A stretch of 34,281 bases of DNA from an uncultured bacterium. GTDB lineage: Bacteria; B130-G9. The position numbers were made by a program, and so were the translations under genes. The notes beneath the pieces are model-generated. The model saw nothing but the letters and a program-made list of their open reading frames with translations, was not told the DNA's origin and ran no database searches. Of the stretch, positions 18,109 to 25,831 are shown piece by piece. The stretch is taken from the NCBI GenBank assembly GCA_965372715.1, contig CBDVDH010000043.1, positions 1 through 34,281 of the forward strand. The letters are read 5' to 3'. The stretch's first letter is position 1, and each line of letters opens with the position of its first letter.

Positions 18109-19413
18109 ATGCGCTCACGGAACGAACCGACGCTCAATCCTTTTTCGCCAGACCTGCCGGTTGCGCCTCACCTGCTGGCTGGCCGGGAGGAGGCGCTGTC
18201 GCAGATTGAGGCGGCGCTCCGCGCCACTGCATTGGGGAAGCCGGGTCATCTGCTTATCGTCTCGGACCCGTGGCTTGGCAAAACGTCCCTCGCGCTGCGC
18301 GCTGAGCGCCTGGCCCAGGGCCTCAAGTCGATTGAGGCCTCTCCCGATGTGGCGAGTGTGCGATTCACGCCGGTTTTCTGCTCGATGGGCGCCTGCACCA
18401 GCCTGATGCAGGTCTGCAACGTCATCGTAAACGAAACCGCAAGAAGACAGGGCACATACTACGCATCGCTTATCAAGCGGCTTCTGCGGCGGATCAATGG
18501 CCTAAAGCTCGGGCCGTTTGGCATAGAGCTCGAGGCGACCCCGGAGATACGGGGCGCCGCCATCTCGTCTTTCCCTCACGTATTCGCGGACGTTCTGTCG
18601 GCTTCCAACGGCGGATGTAGCGACGATCACGTTTTTCTCCTGATATTCGACGAGGTTCGAAATATCGCAAGGATTAGTGGCGTCGCATTGCTTCTGAAGG
18701 CCCTCATAGAGCTTATGAGCAAGGAACATCCCTCGAAGGCGGTGCTGCTGATGACGGCAAATCCAGCCGATGTGGAAATGCTTTGCTCGCAGGACGATTC
18801 GTTCGCGAGCATGTTCAGGTCGATACGACTCGGTCTGTTTACGGGCCCGGATGTTGCGGAGCTGCTGACCTTGACCCCGCGACACGGGCGGCCATCAAAG
18901 GTCTTCACAGACGACGCAATCAACCTGATCGCAACCCTGTCCGCGGGCTACCCAGGCTTCGTGCAGCAGATAGGCCAAGCGGCGTTCGAGCTGTGTCCAG
19001 GGCCATTGATTGACGTAAGCGTAGTGAAAAGGGCGCTCTTCGGGACGAGGCGCACAAAGGGGGCGCTTGCGTCGGTCGCGGACAAGCATTTCCGTCACTT
19101 GCTCGATCTTCAGCCGGTTTACGCACGCATCCTCGACGTCATTGATCGTGCGAATTCCCCCGTAACTTCCATCGACGTCAGGAAGGCCATCCCAAAAATC
19201 AAGAACCTGGGCCCCTACCTTCGTAAGCTCATGAATCGCAGCGCGATAAGGAAGCTCGGACCCCGATCGCGACCGATATACGCCATCGCAGCACCAATAG
19301 TCTCGCTGTGGCTGCACCTTCAGCGCGTCGTGCAGGCCAAGGCGCTCCACGAGACGTCCCGCTCAGGGAGAATCCTGACCCAATTGCCGAAAAACCAGAT
19401 TGACAGGCGCTAG
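18109..19413 (+). CDS. AAA_16/STAND-like P-loop ATPase with probable C-terminal winged HTH
   Basis: NPFSP...LAGREE, Walker A variant SDPWLGKTS, Walker B LLIFDEV, SAGYPGFVQ and a C-terminal YLRKL...IYAI segment. Confidence 0.8.
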   Translation: MRSRNEPTLNPFSPDLPVAPHLLAGREEALSQIEAALRATALGKPGHLLIVSDPWLGKTSLALRAERLAQGLKSIEASPDVASVRFTPVFCSMGACTSLMQVCNVIVNETARRQGTYYASLIKRLLRRINGLKLGPFGIELEATPEIRGAAISSFPHVFADVLSASNGGCSDDHVFLLIFDEVRNIARISGVALLLKALIELMSKEHPSKAVLLMTANPADVEMLCSQDDSFASMFRSIRLGLFTGPDVAELLTLTPRHGRPSKVFTDDAINLIATLSAGYPGFVQQIGQAAFELCPGPLIDVSVVKRALFGTRRTKGALASVADKHFRHLLDLQPVYARILDVIDRANSPVTSIDVRKAIPKIKNLGPYLRKLMNRSAIRKLGPRSRPIYAIAAPIVSLWLHLQRVVQAKALHETSRSGRILTQLPKNQIDRR

Positions 19414-19653
19414 GCCCGGTGGAGGCCCTTTTGGACTGCGGTGGCTTGACACCGCTTTGGCTCGCCGCGGCCTGACGCGGCGCCCGCTCCGATTGATCAT
19501 TCCCGGTTCCTAAAATCGTCCGTTCACCGCCAACAAAGCACTTCTGGGAAGGCGGTGCCAGGTCACAGCCAATGAAAGCGGCGTCAAGCCGCCGCACTCC
19601 AAAACGTCCCGTATCCAAGATCACGCCCGCCAATCTGACTTTTCGGGCAGTTG
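19381..19653. mobile_element. nested MITE/REPIN-like element, copy 1
   Basis: An imperfect outer inverted repeat (CAATTGCCGAAAAACCAGATTGACAGGCG versus CGCCCGCCAATCTGACTTTTCGGGCAGTTG) encloses an inner unit at 19429-19604 with ends TTTTGGACTGCGGTGGCTTGACACCGCTTT and AAAGCGGCGTCAAGCCGCCGCACTCCAAAA. Confidence 0.75.
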
Positions 19654-19754
19654 CCGGGCAATTGAATCCGCACGGACTGCGCAGTATAGTCTCCGTTTGA
19701 CTTGGCAGAATCTGGACTCCAACACCTCTCATCGATTACACGGATTCCACATAA

Positions 19755-20690
19755 GTGGCCGACAAGCAGCATCTATCCGAGGCGAATGCCCTAACCGCAG
19801 TCCGTGACAACATGTCTATCATCAGCGACAGCGACGTGCGGCGGTATTCTCTTGACCAAATCGTCAACAGAGTCATCCCCGGCGATGCGCCTCACGTGCT
19901 TTCCAAGATGCCGGACGAGACGTTCGACATGGTGTTCGTCGATCCGCCCTATTACTTGCAGCTCCCGAAGAAGAAGCTGAGGCGCTGGAAGGTCAAGACC
20001 ACTGTCGATGGCGTCGATGATGACTGGGACAAGTTCGCCTCATTTCAGGAATACGACGACTACATCGAGAAACTGCTCCGTCCCGTGCAACGAGTGATGA
20101 AGCCAAACGCGACGCTCTGGGTCATCTCGACCTACCACAGCATCTTCCGCATCGGGCGCATCATGCAGGACCTGAACTACTGGATACTCAATGACGTGAT
20201 CTGGGTGAAGACGAACCCCATGCCGAACTGGCTGAGCGTCCGGTTCACAAACGCCACGGAGACGCTCATCTGGGCCGTCAAAGAGAAAGGAGCCAAGAAA
20301 TACACCTTCAACAAGGACGCCGCGAAGGAGTTTGGGATCGGCAGCGTCCGCGCCAACGTCTGGGTCCTGCCGATTTGCACCGGCGGCCAGCGATTGAAGG
20401 ACGAGCAGGGCCAGAAGCTCCACTCCACACAGAAGCCAGTCGAGCTCTTGAAGCGCGTCATCCTCGTCAGCACGAACGAGGGCGACCTGATCCTCGACCC
20501 GGTGGCCGGCACCGGAACCACGGGCGCCGTCTCGAAGGCTCTGAACCGCAACTTCGTCATGATCGAGCGCAACCCCAAATACGTCGAAGGCATCGTCCGC
20601 CGATTTGAGAAGCCTCTGGAGCTGTCAATTGACGCGGGCCCTAGTGGCGAGAAGGCGGAAGGCTACCTGTCTTCAGGACAGGGTGGCTGA
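19755..20690 (+). CDS. beta-class DNA adenine methyltransferase, CcrM/M.HinfI-like
   Basis: DPPY precedes motif I (LDPVAGTGTTG). VDGVDDDWDKF, WILNDVIWVKTNPMPN, RFTNATETLIWA, PICTG..RLK and HSTQKP closely parallel CcrM as I recall it. The true start may be ATG 19812. Confidence 0.92.
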   Translation: MADKQHLSEANALTAVRDNMSIISDSDVRRYSLDQIVNRVIPGDAPHVLSKMPDETFDMVFVDPPYYLQLPKKKLRRWKVKTTVDGVDDDWDKFASFQEYDDYIEKLLRPVQRVMKPNATLWVISTYHSIFRIGRIMQDLNYWILNDVIWVKTNPMPNWLSVRFTNATETLIWAVKEKGAKKYTFNKDAAKEFGIGSVRANVWVLPICTGGQRLKDEQGQKLHSTQKPVELLKRVILVSTNEGDLILDPVAGTGTTGAVSKALNRNFVMIERNPKYVEGIVRRFEKPLELSIDAGPSGEKAEGYLSSGQGG

Positions 20691-20715
20691 CCGGGAAGTA
20701 GTACGGTTCAAGGCT

Positions 20716-20911
20716 AACCCGGATTATTCACAAATCGCTCATGTTGGGTTGGTTTGTGGTTTTTGCGGGGTGATTTTCGGCTGAAACTTCGATATGGGGT
20801 AGTAATCCGGCCGGTGAGGTAGGATTTCAGGTGGATTCGGAGATGGGATAGAGCAAATTCATGTAGTTTTTGACGGTATAGCCCGGATTTTGGCGTAATA
20901 ATCCCTGGGTT
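20716..20911. mobile_element. possible IS1380-like end / MITE remnant
   Basis: Left end AACCCGGATTATTCACAAA with a weak inverted partner AATAATCCCTGGGTT (20897-20911). T/G-rich interior with no recognisable transposase. The family assignment is from memory. Confidence 0.35.
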
Positions 20912-21042
20912 GCGCCTCTCCGGTTTCAACAGGCGCAACGCAGCCCGTAGGTCTTCCGCATTCATTCTTCTCTTGCTTTTTTCGATGAAGAAGCTGGGGC
21001 CAGCCTGCAAGTAGGACGGGGAGGCGCATCCGTCCTCTGGAT

Positions 21043-21090
21043 CCGTAGGTTGAAACCTACGGCTACTCACGTTATCCCCTTTCAGGGGAT
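21043..21090. repeat. REP-like palindromes
   Basis: Perfect hairpin CCGTAGGTT-GA-AACCTACGG (21043-21062) followed by ATCCCCT-TTC-AGGGGAT (21074-21090). Confidence 0.65.
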
Positions 21091-21134
21091 TTTAGCGGAC
21101 GATGGCATTCGCCGCGCGGCGAACGCGGACCGAC

Positions 21135-21161
21135 GGCAGGCTGGAAAGCCCGCCCCACACC
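21135..21161. repeat. REP-like 27-mer GGCAGGCTGGAAAGCCCGCCCCACACC
   Basis: Exact reverse complement of 3426-3452. Confidence 0.85.
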
Positions 21162-21227
21162 GTTCTCCTTTTTTCCTTTCCTCCTTTTTCCCTTTCCCCG
21201 ACGGGGAAACTCGTCAACGACTCGAAA

Positions 21228-21540
21228 AATCAGATTGACGCCGGCGGCTCTGGCCTTTTGGAGTGCGGCGGCTTGACGCCGCTTTCATTGGTGGTGGCTT
21301 GACACCGCCCTCTCATAGATTGCCTTCTTGACCTTTCAGACGGTGGTCCGGAGGCCTGGACGCCAATCGACGTAGGGTCGATGCCGCGTCAAGCCGCGGC
21401 GAGCCAAAGCGGTGTCAAGCCACCGCACTCCGAAATCACCCAATGGGTGCAACTCACAGACCGACTCCTGTCGAGCTCATAACCTCTGGGCAGCGAAAAA
21501 ACGTGTTCATCCCTCCATGTCCTTTGCCGTCAATCTGATT
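21228..21540. mobile_element. nested MITE/REPIN-like element, copy 2
   Basis: Perfect 13-bp outer IR AATCAGATTGACG (21228-21240) and CGTCAATCTGATT (21528-21540). The inner unit at 21256-21435 is the inverted homologue of 19429-19604. Confidence 0.75.
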
Positions 21541-21560
21541 ATTAGGAAACGACGCGTCGG

Positions 21561-21589
21561 TTGACAGGGCAGATGTGAGTGGATATAGT
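21561..21589 (+). promoter_or_regulatory. sigma70 promoter for the 638-aa secreted protein
   Basis: TTGACA, 17 nt, TATAGT. AGGAGG RBS precedes ATG 21654. Confidence 0.75.
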
Positions 21590-21653
21590 TTGTGTTAGAA
21601 TCGTTTCAGGTGTGGGTTTACATTCTCTTTTTTACCTTTAGGAGGAGCGTTAG

Positions 21654-23570
21654 ATGCCTCGAGGTGTGGTTTATTGCGCTTTGGGTTTCGCCGTTTTGTT
21701 GTCTTCAATGGGCGCTGTTTACGCCGATGACGTCCTTCGTCTTCAGCTCGCTGCGCCGGTGGTTCACGGGCGCGTCATGCCTGAAGGGATGGAGATCGAG
21801 CTGACATGGGAAGGCGTGTCGGGCGCTTATCAGTATTACATTGAGCGGGATTTCTCGCCCAATTTTGATCTCCAGCCGATAGGCGGATTTTATCGCATTC
21901 CCGCGACTTCGCGGTATATGTATAGAGATACATCGGCCAAGGAGGAGATGCGGACGCTGTATTACAGGGTCAAGTCTCTGCCGTCTCAGTTCGACTCGAC
22001 ACACATGAAGAGCGAGTACTCGAACGTGGTGGCTCTCACTCCGATCGATCCGACGCCCGATCCGGACGTGGAGGTCCTGATCAACCCCGCCTCGCTGGAC
22101 TTCCAGACGTTCATCTTCTACAAGCAGTTGACCGTTAGGAACGTGTCGAACAAGCCGTTGAAGCTCTCGCTTTGGCCGAACACCCACGTCATCGAGCTTT
22201 CGACGAGTGGCTTCTGGCTGGACCCCTGGCAGACGCTGATTGTGGAGGTGCGCCTCGACCGGACCTCGCTCGCTCCGGGGCTCTATTCGGATTTCGCGAT
22301 TTCGTTTCTGTCGAACGCGGGCACGGTTGGGCCAGCTGCCAACCAGGATGGTGAGATCGAGGTTGAGGCGGAGGTGGCCGGGCCTGTGGAGGTCGCCCGG
22401 ATAGGGTCTTATTTTCTCAGGGACGACACGCCCAACCACAATGGCCTGATCGACAGCGGGGAGACCGTGAACTGCCAGTTCAAGCTCGTCAACACGGACC
22501 GGAGTGTCGAGGCGTTGGATTTGACGGTTCGGATAATTCCGAGGGCGAATGTGTTCCGGATCGGTTCGGGCGGTGTGACCCACATCAATAACCTCCCTCC
22601 AATGGGGATTGTGTATGTGCCGTTCACGTTCACGGCCGCTCCTGTGTATTTCAGCTGCGATTCGGCTGACGGGCCGATCGTTGACGCGGAGTTCCTTGTG
22701 ATCGTCAGCGACACATTCGGCTACTCTTGGGAGCAGACGGTCAAGATCGGCTTCTGCACACCGCTTTCCGTTCAGGTTGTGAACTTCGAGATAGACGATG
22801 ACAATCAGGGCGCCTCGGCCACGGTCCCACATACTCACAACAAGATGATAGAGTGCGGCGAGATTATCGAGGCGCGGGTTACTTTTGTGAGCAACTATGA
22901 CCTTCACGACGCCACGCTTAGCTTGTCTGATGACCAGGATTTCGAGTATCTACCTTTCGGGGATTCGTTTTCCTACGGCGACGTTGACAACCTGAAGTTC
23001 ATTCCCATGTGTGGGCATGTGACGCCGGATAGGGACTTCGAGTTCAGGGCCGTTGAGTATGATACGTCCCCGATAATCTTCACGTTGGCTGTTGACGCCG
23101 AGATAATGCCGGAGGTTGATTACGCGCCCAACGCCACGTATCCGGTCAATCATTACCATAGTTTCTCGGTCAATGGTCCTTTTGGGCCGGATGTTATGGT
23201 AACGACGACTAATCCGGGGCCTCGGCTGAGCACGGACGATTCGTTCGCAATCCACGCCAACGTTCGGAACCTCGGGCCGAAGGACGTGGAGGTTGACCTC
23301 TGGGTCGCGGCGATTATAGATGGCCAGATATTCTACTTGTGCGGCGGCATCGCTGCACTGGGGCCGACCCCATTCTGCTCTGGTCTGTATCTTGTGCGGC
23401 GCACTCCGGGGCCTCGACGGATACTCGCCTACAGTTGCCCCGGCGTTGGCGGCTGGACGGAAGTGGACGAGGTGTTGTTCGCATCGGTTCTTCAGGAGCC
23501 TGGTGAGAGCATCTATGAGCGGGACCTTTGGCATTCGTTCGATTGGGTTGTGGTGAACATCGACTATTAA
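21654..23570 (+). CDS. secreted/surface multi-domain beta-sandwich protein (FN3-like plus Ig-like repeats)
   Basis: Signal peptide ending AVYA-D; FN3-like LTWEGV...YYRVKS...SEYSN; PIDPTPDP linker; two DD..N..I(D/E)xGE repeats; C-terminal NLGPKDVEVDLWVA domain. Confidence 0.8.
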   Translation: MPRGVVYCALGFAVLLSSMGAVYADDVLRLQLAAPVVHGRVMPEGMEIELTWEGVSGAYQYYIERDFSPNFDLQPIGGFYRIPATSRYMYRDTSAKEEMRTLYYRVKSLPSQFDSTHMKSEYSNVVALTPIDPTPDPDVEVLINPASLDFQTFIFYKQLTVRNVSNKPLKLSLWPNTHVIELSTSGFWLDPWQTLIVEVRLDRTSLAPGLYSDFAISFLSNAGTVGPAANQDGEIEVEAEVAGPVEVARIGSYFLRDDTPNHNGLIDSGETVNCQFKLVNTDRSVEALDLTVRIIPRANVFRIGSGGVTHINNLPPMGIVYVPFTFTAAPVYFSCDSADGPIVDAEFLVIVSDTFGYSWEQTVKIGFCTPLSVQVVNFEIDDDNQGASATVPHTHNKMIECGEIIEARVTFVSNYDLHDATLSLSDDQDFEYLPFGDSFSYGDVDNLKFIPMCGHVTPDRDFEFRAVEYDTSPIIFTLAVDAEIMPEVDYAPNATYPVNHYHSFSVNGPFGPDVMVTTTNPGPRLSTDDSFAIHANVRNLGPKDVEVDLWVAAIIDGQIFYLCGGIAALGPTPFCSGLYLVRRTPGPRRILAYSCPGVGGWTEVDEVLFASVLQEPGESIYERDLWHSFDWVVVNIDY

Positions 23571-23645
23571 TAGATCCGCTATTAGTCGGTTACAGGGCAG
23601 CGGCCTCGAGGATGTGTGGCGGATGCGGTGTGGGCGCTGCGCCCT

Positions 23646-23742
23646 GTAGGGGCGGCTCACGAGCCGCCCTTGATGCGTTCGGCCAAATCAGAGAAGGGCG
23701 GGGCAAGCACCGCCCCTACGAGGCCCGACACCGGATTATGAC
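23646..23742. repeat. GTAG-type REP doublet (REPIN-like) plus flank
   Basis: GTAGGGGCGGCTCACGAGCCGCCC, 26-nt spacer, GGGCGGGGCAAGCACCGCCCCTAC, then a flank homologous (inverted) to 32491-32513. Confidence 0.9.
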
Positions 23743-23830
23743 AAAAGTCTCTATGGACCAGTGTCGCGCCGAGCACCCTGTTGGGGACAAGAGGCGTTTG
23801 AAGGTAACGAGCATTCGGCGGTAAGAGCCC

Positions 23831-24799
23831 ATGCCCAGGGAGATACTTGATTTCGAGCAGCCGATTATTGACCTCGAAGAGGCGATAGCAGAGCTCGAGC
23901 AGGCGCGGGACCCGCAGTATGAGGATCGGATTCGGGGCTACCAGAAGAAGCTCAAAAAGCTCTACGCTGAGACGTTTTCGAGCTTGTCCGCTTGGCAGCG
24001 AACGCGGCTTGCGCGACACAAGGATCGGCCTTATACGCTTGATTACATCTCGCAGATTATGACGAGCTTCACCGAGCTGCATGGTGACCGGCTTTTTCGC
24101 GACGATCCGGCGGTTGTTGTGGGCTTGGCGGTTTTTCGGGGCAGGAAAGTGGTAATTGTCGGCCAGCAGAAGGGTCGGGATGTGAAGGAGAGGATATTCC
24201 GCAATTTCGGGATGTCGCATCCCGAGGGATACAGAAAGGCGCTGCGGGCGATGAAGATAGCGGAGAAATTCAAGAAGCCAGTGGTCTGTTTCGTCGATAC
24301 ACCTGCGGCGTATCCCGGCATCGGCGCCGAAGAACGCGGCCAAGCGGAGGCGATAGCGCGCAACATCTACGAGATGTCGGTCCTTAAGACCCCGATATTG
24401 GTGGCCGTTACGGGTGAGGGAGGCAGCGGCGGCGCCCTCGGGATAGGGCTCGGCGATAAGGTTCTGATGCAGGAGAACGCGATATATTCAGTTATTCCGC
24501 CGGAGGGTTGTGCCGCGATTCTATTTCGAGACGGCACGCGCGGCGCGGAGGCGGCGGAGGCGCTCAAGATAACGTCTTATGAGCTGAAGAAGCTCGGGAT
24601 CGTAGATGAGGTTGTCAAGGAGCCGCTCGGAGGGGCGCACAAGGACCCCGAGCTCGCGGGCTCAACGCTTGCAGACAGGCTCCAGGCGGGGCTTGATGAG
24701 ATTTGCGGGCTCACTCTGGACGAGTTGCTCGCGGCGCGATTCAAGAAGTTCAGGGAGATGGGGTGCTTCATTGAAAGGACGAGTGAGAAAAGCTCTTGA
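23831..24799 (+). CDS. accA: acetyl-CoA carboxylase carboxyltransferase alpha subunit
   Basis: LDFEQPI, ELHGDR, RNFGMSHPEGYRKALR, DTPAAYPGIGAEERGQ and GEGGSGGALG motifs. Confidence 0.99.
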   Translation: MPREILDFEQPIIDLEEAIAELEQARDPQYEDRIRGYQKKLKKLYAETFSSLSAWQRTRLARHKDRPYTLDYISQIMTSFTELHGDRLFRDDPAVVVGLAVFRGRKVVIVGQQKGRDVKERIFRNFGMSHPEGYRKALRAMKIAEKFKKPVVCFVDTPAAYPGIGAEERGQAEAIARNIYEMSVLKTPILVAVTGEGGSGGALGIGLGDKVLMQENAIYSVIPPEGCAAILFRDGTRGAEAAEALKITSYELKKLGIVDEVVKEPLGGAHKDPELAGSTLADRLQAGLDEICGLTLDELLAARFKKFREMGCFIERTSEKSS

Positions 24800-24899
24800 C
24801 TTGAACGTGGCGTGGAATACCATTTGGATTCATGTTTGGTTGAGGAGTTTATAACAGGAGGCGTGGCGAATAGGTCATTTGAAAGGAGCCTTTAGAGAG

Positions 24900-25553
24900 A
24901 TGAAACGAATAGCCATAGGTTTAGTCGTTCTATTTGTTTTGGCATCGGCTTTGACGATCATGTCTTGCCACAAGAAGCAGGAGGCGAGCGATCCTGACGA
25001 TTATCGTCCCAAGATTCTTGGCGTAACCGTGATGCAAGGTGAGACAATTCTTCGAAAGCCTTATGTGTTTTCAAAGAGCATGATTGAGCCTGTGTTGTTC
25101 GAGGTGGAGGTGCATCATCCTGATGCGGCTGGAACGCCTGCTGACCCGCACGGAAGCGATCAGATTTCGAGGGTTTTGGGCGGTTTTCAGGACCCTGACT
25201 ACGGCAATGAGGAATACCAGCGGAGGGTTGAGCACTACATGGAAGAGTTCCCCGGTTGGGGGCACACCATTGGGATCATCAACGGTAACCTGGCGAGAGA
25301 TAGCTACCTACCGGGCGAGGTCTTCTACGGCATCGGCTTCACCGGCGATTTCGCGGATAACGGGCCGGGCTTTTCAGGCAATGCGCCGGATGAGACCGCG
25401 GGGGATGGGGTTTTCACGATACGGAAGGACACCAGGCTGGACCCGAACACCAAGACAAGTCCCGATCGGCCCTGGAAGTTCTACTTCTGGGCCACGGACA
25501 TTCGGGGCAATGACGCGGAGCCATATTGGGTTGAGATAACGATAACAGAATAG
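24900..25553 (+). CDS. putative lipoprotein
   Basis: MKRIAIGLVVLFVLASALTIMS-C lipobox-like signal; DNG...DETAGDGVFT acidic loop (choice-of-anchor-X-like). Confidence 0.75.
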   Translation: MKRIAIGLVVLFVLASALTIMSCHKKQEASDPDDYRPKILGVTVMQGETILRKPYVFSKSMIEPVLFEVEVHHPDAAGTPADPHGSDQISRVLGGFQDPDYGNEEYQRRVEHYMEEFPGWGHTIGIINGNLARDSYLPGEVFYGIGFTGDFADNGPGFSGNAPDETAGDGVFTIRKDTRLDPNTKTSPDRPWKFYFWATDIRGNDAEPYWVEITITE

Positions 25554-25603
25554 CCGCGAGCGTCAGCTTGCAGCGTTGACAGTTGCTTGATCGATTGTTC
25601 TGG

Positions 25604-25644
25604 TTGCCGCTCCGGGTTTGTCCGGAGCGGCAATAGTGTTTTTT
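25604..25644 (+). terminator. probable intrinsic terminator after the lipoprotein gene
   Basis: Perfect 12-bp stem TTGCCGCTCCGG / CCGGAGCGGCAA with a 6-nt loop, followed by TAGTGTTTTTT. The U-tract is offset by 5 nt. Confidence 0.55.
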
Positions 25645-25759
25645 GATACGGGGCGCACGTTAGGTTGGGGGTCATACCAAAGCTTGGCTGCCCGCTGATG
25701 ACGCCAGTTGCCGTGCTTGGACGCGCCTTCCCTGTGAATCACGAGCGGCCGAGGAGGCG

Positions 25760-25789
25760 TTGAAACAAATGGCCTCTATGCCTTATGAT
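25760..25789 (+). promoter_or_regulatory. putative promoter for dnaG-tyrS
   Basis: TTGAAA, 18 nt, TATGAT, about 40 nt upstream of dnaG. Confidence 0.45.
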
Positions 25790-25831
25790 GATTCCATACT
25801 GTCTTGTTAGCTAGCTTTTGGTTGGAGAGGA

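Noticed and set aside
20714-21302. ORFs 20714-21070, 21050-21238 and 21102-21302 as the cognate restriction enzyme or a transposase
   Set aside because: They are translations of repeat DNA with no PD-(D/E)xK, HNH, DDE or HUH motifs.
21705-22907. 400-aa minus-strand ORF and other long antisense ORFs (e.g. 12961-13743, 22950-23660, 23657-24343, 30862-31596)
   Set aside because: They are shadow frames of well-supported genes in GC-rich DNA, with no recognisable motifs.
25660-25710. Fluoride riboswitch suggested by GCTGATGACGCC
   Set aside because: The required 5' GGnGATGG...CC stem is absent, and the downstream gene is dnaG rather than a fluoride-related gene.
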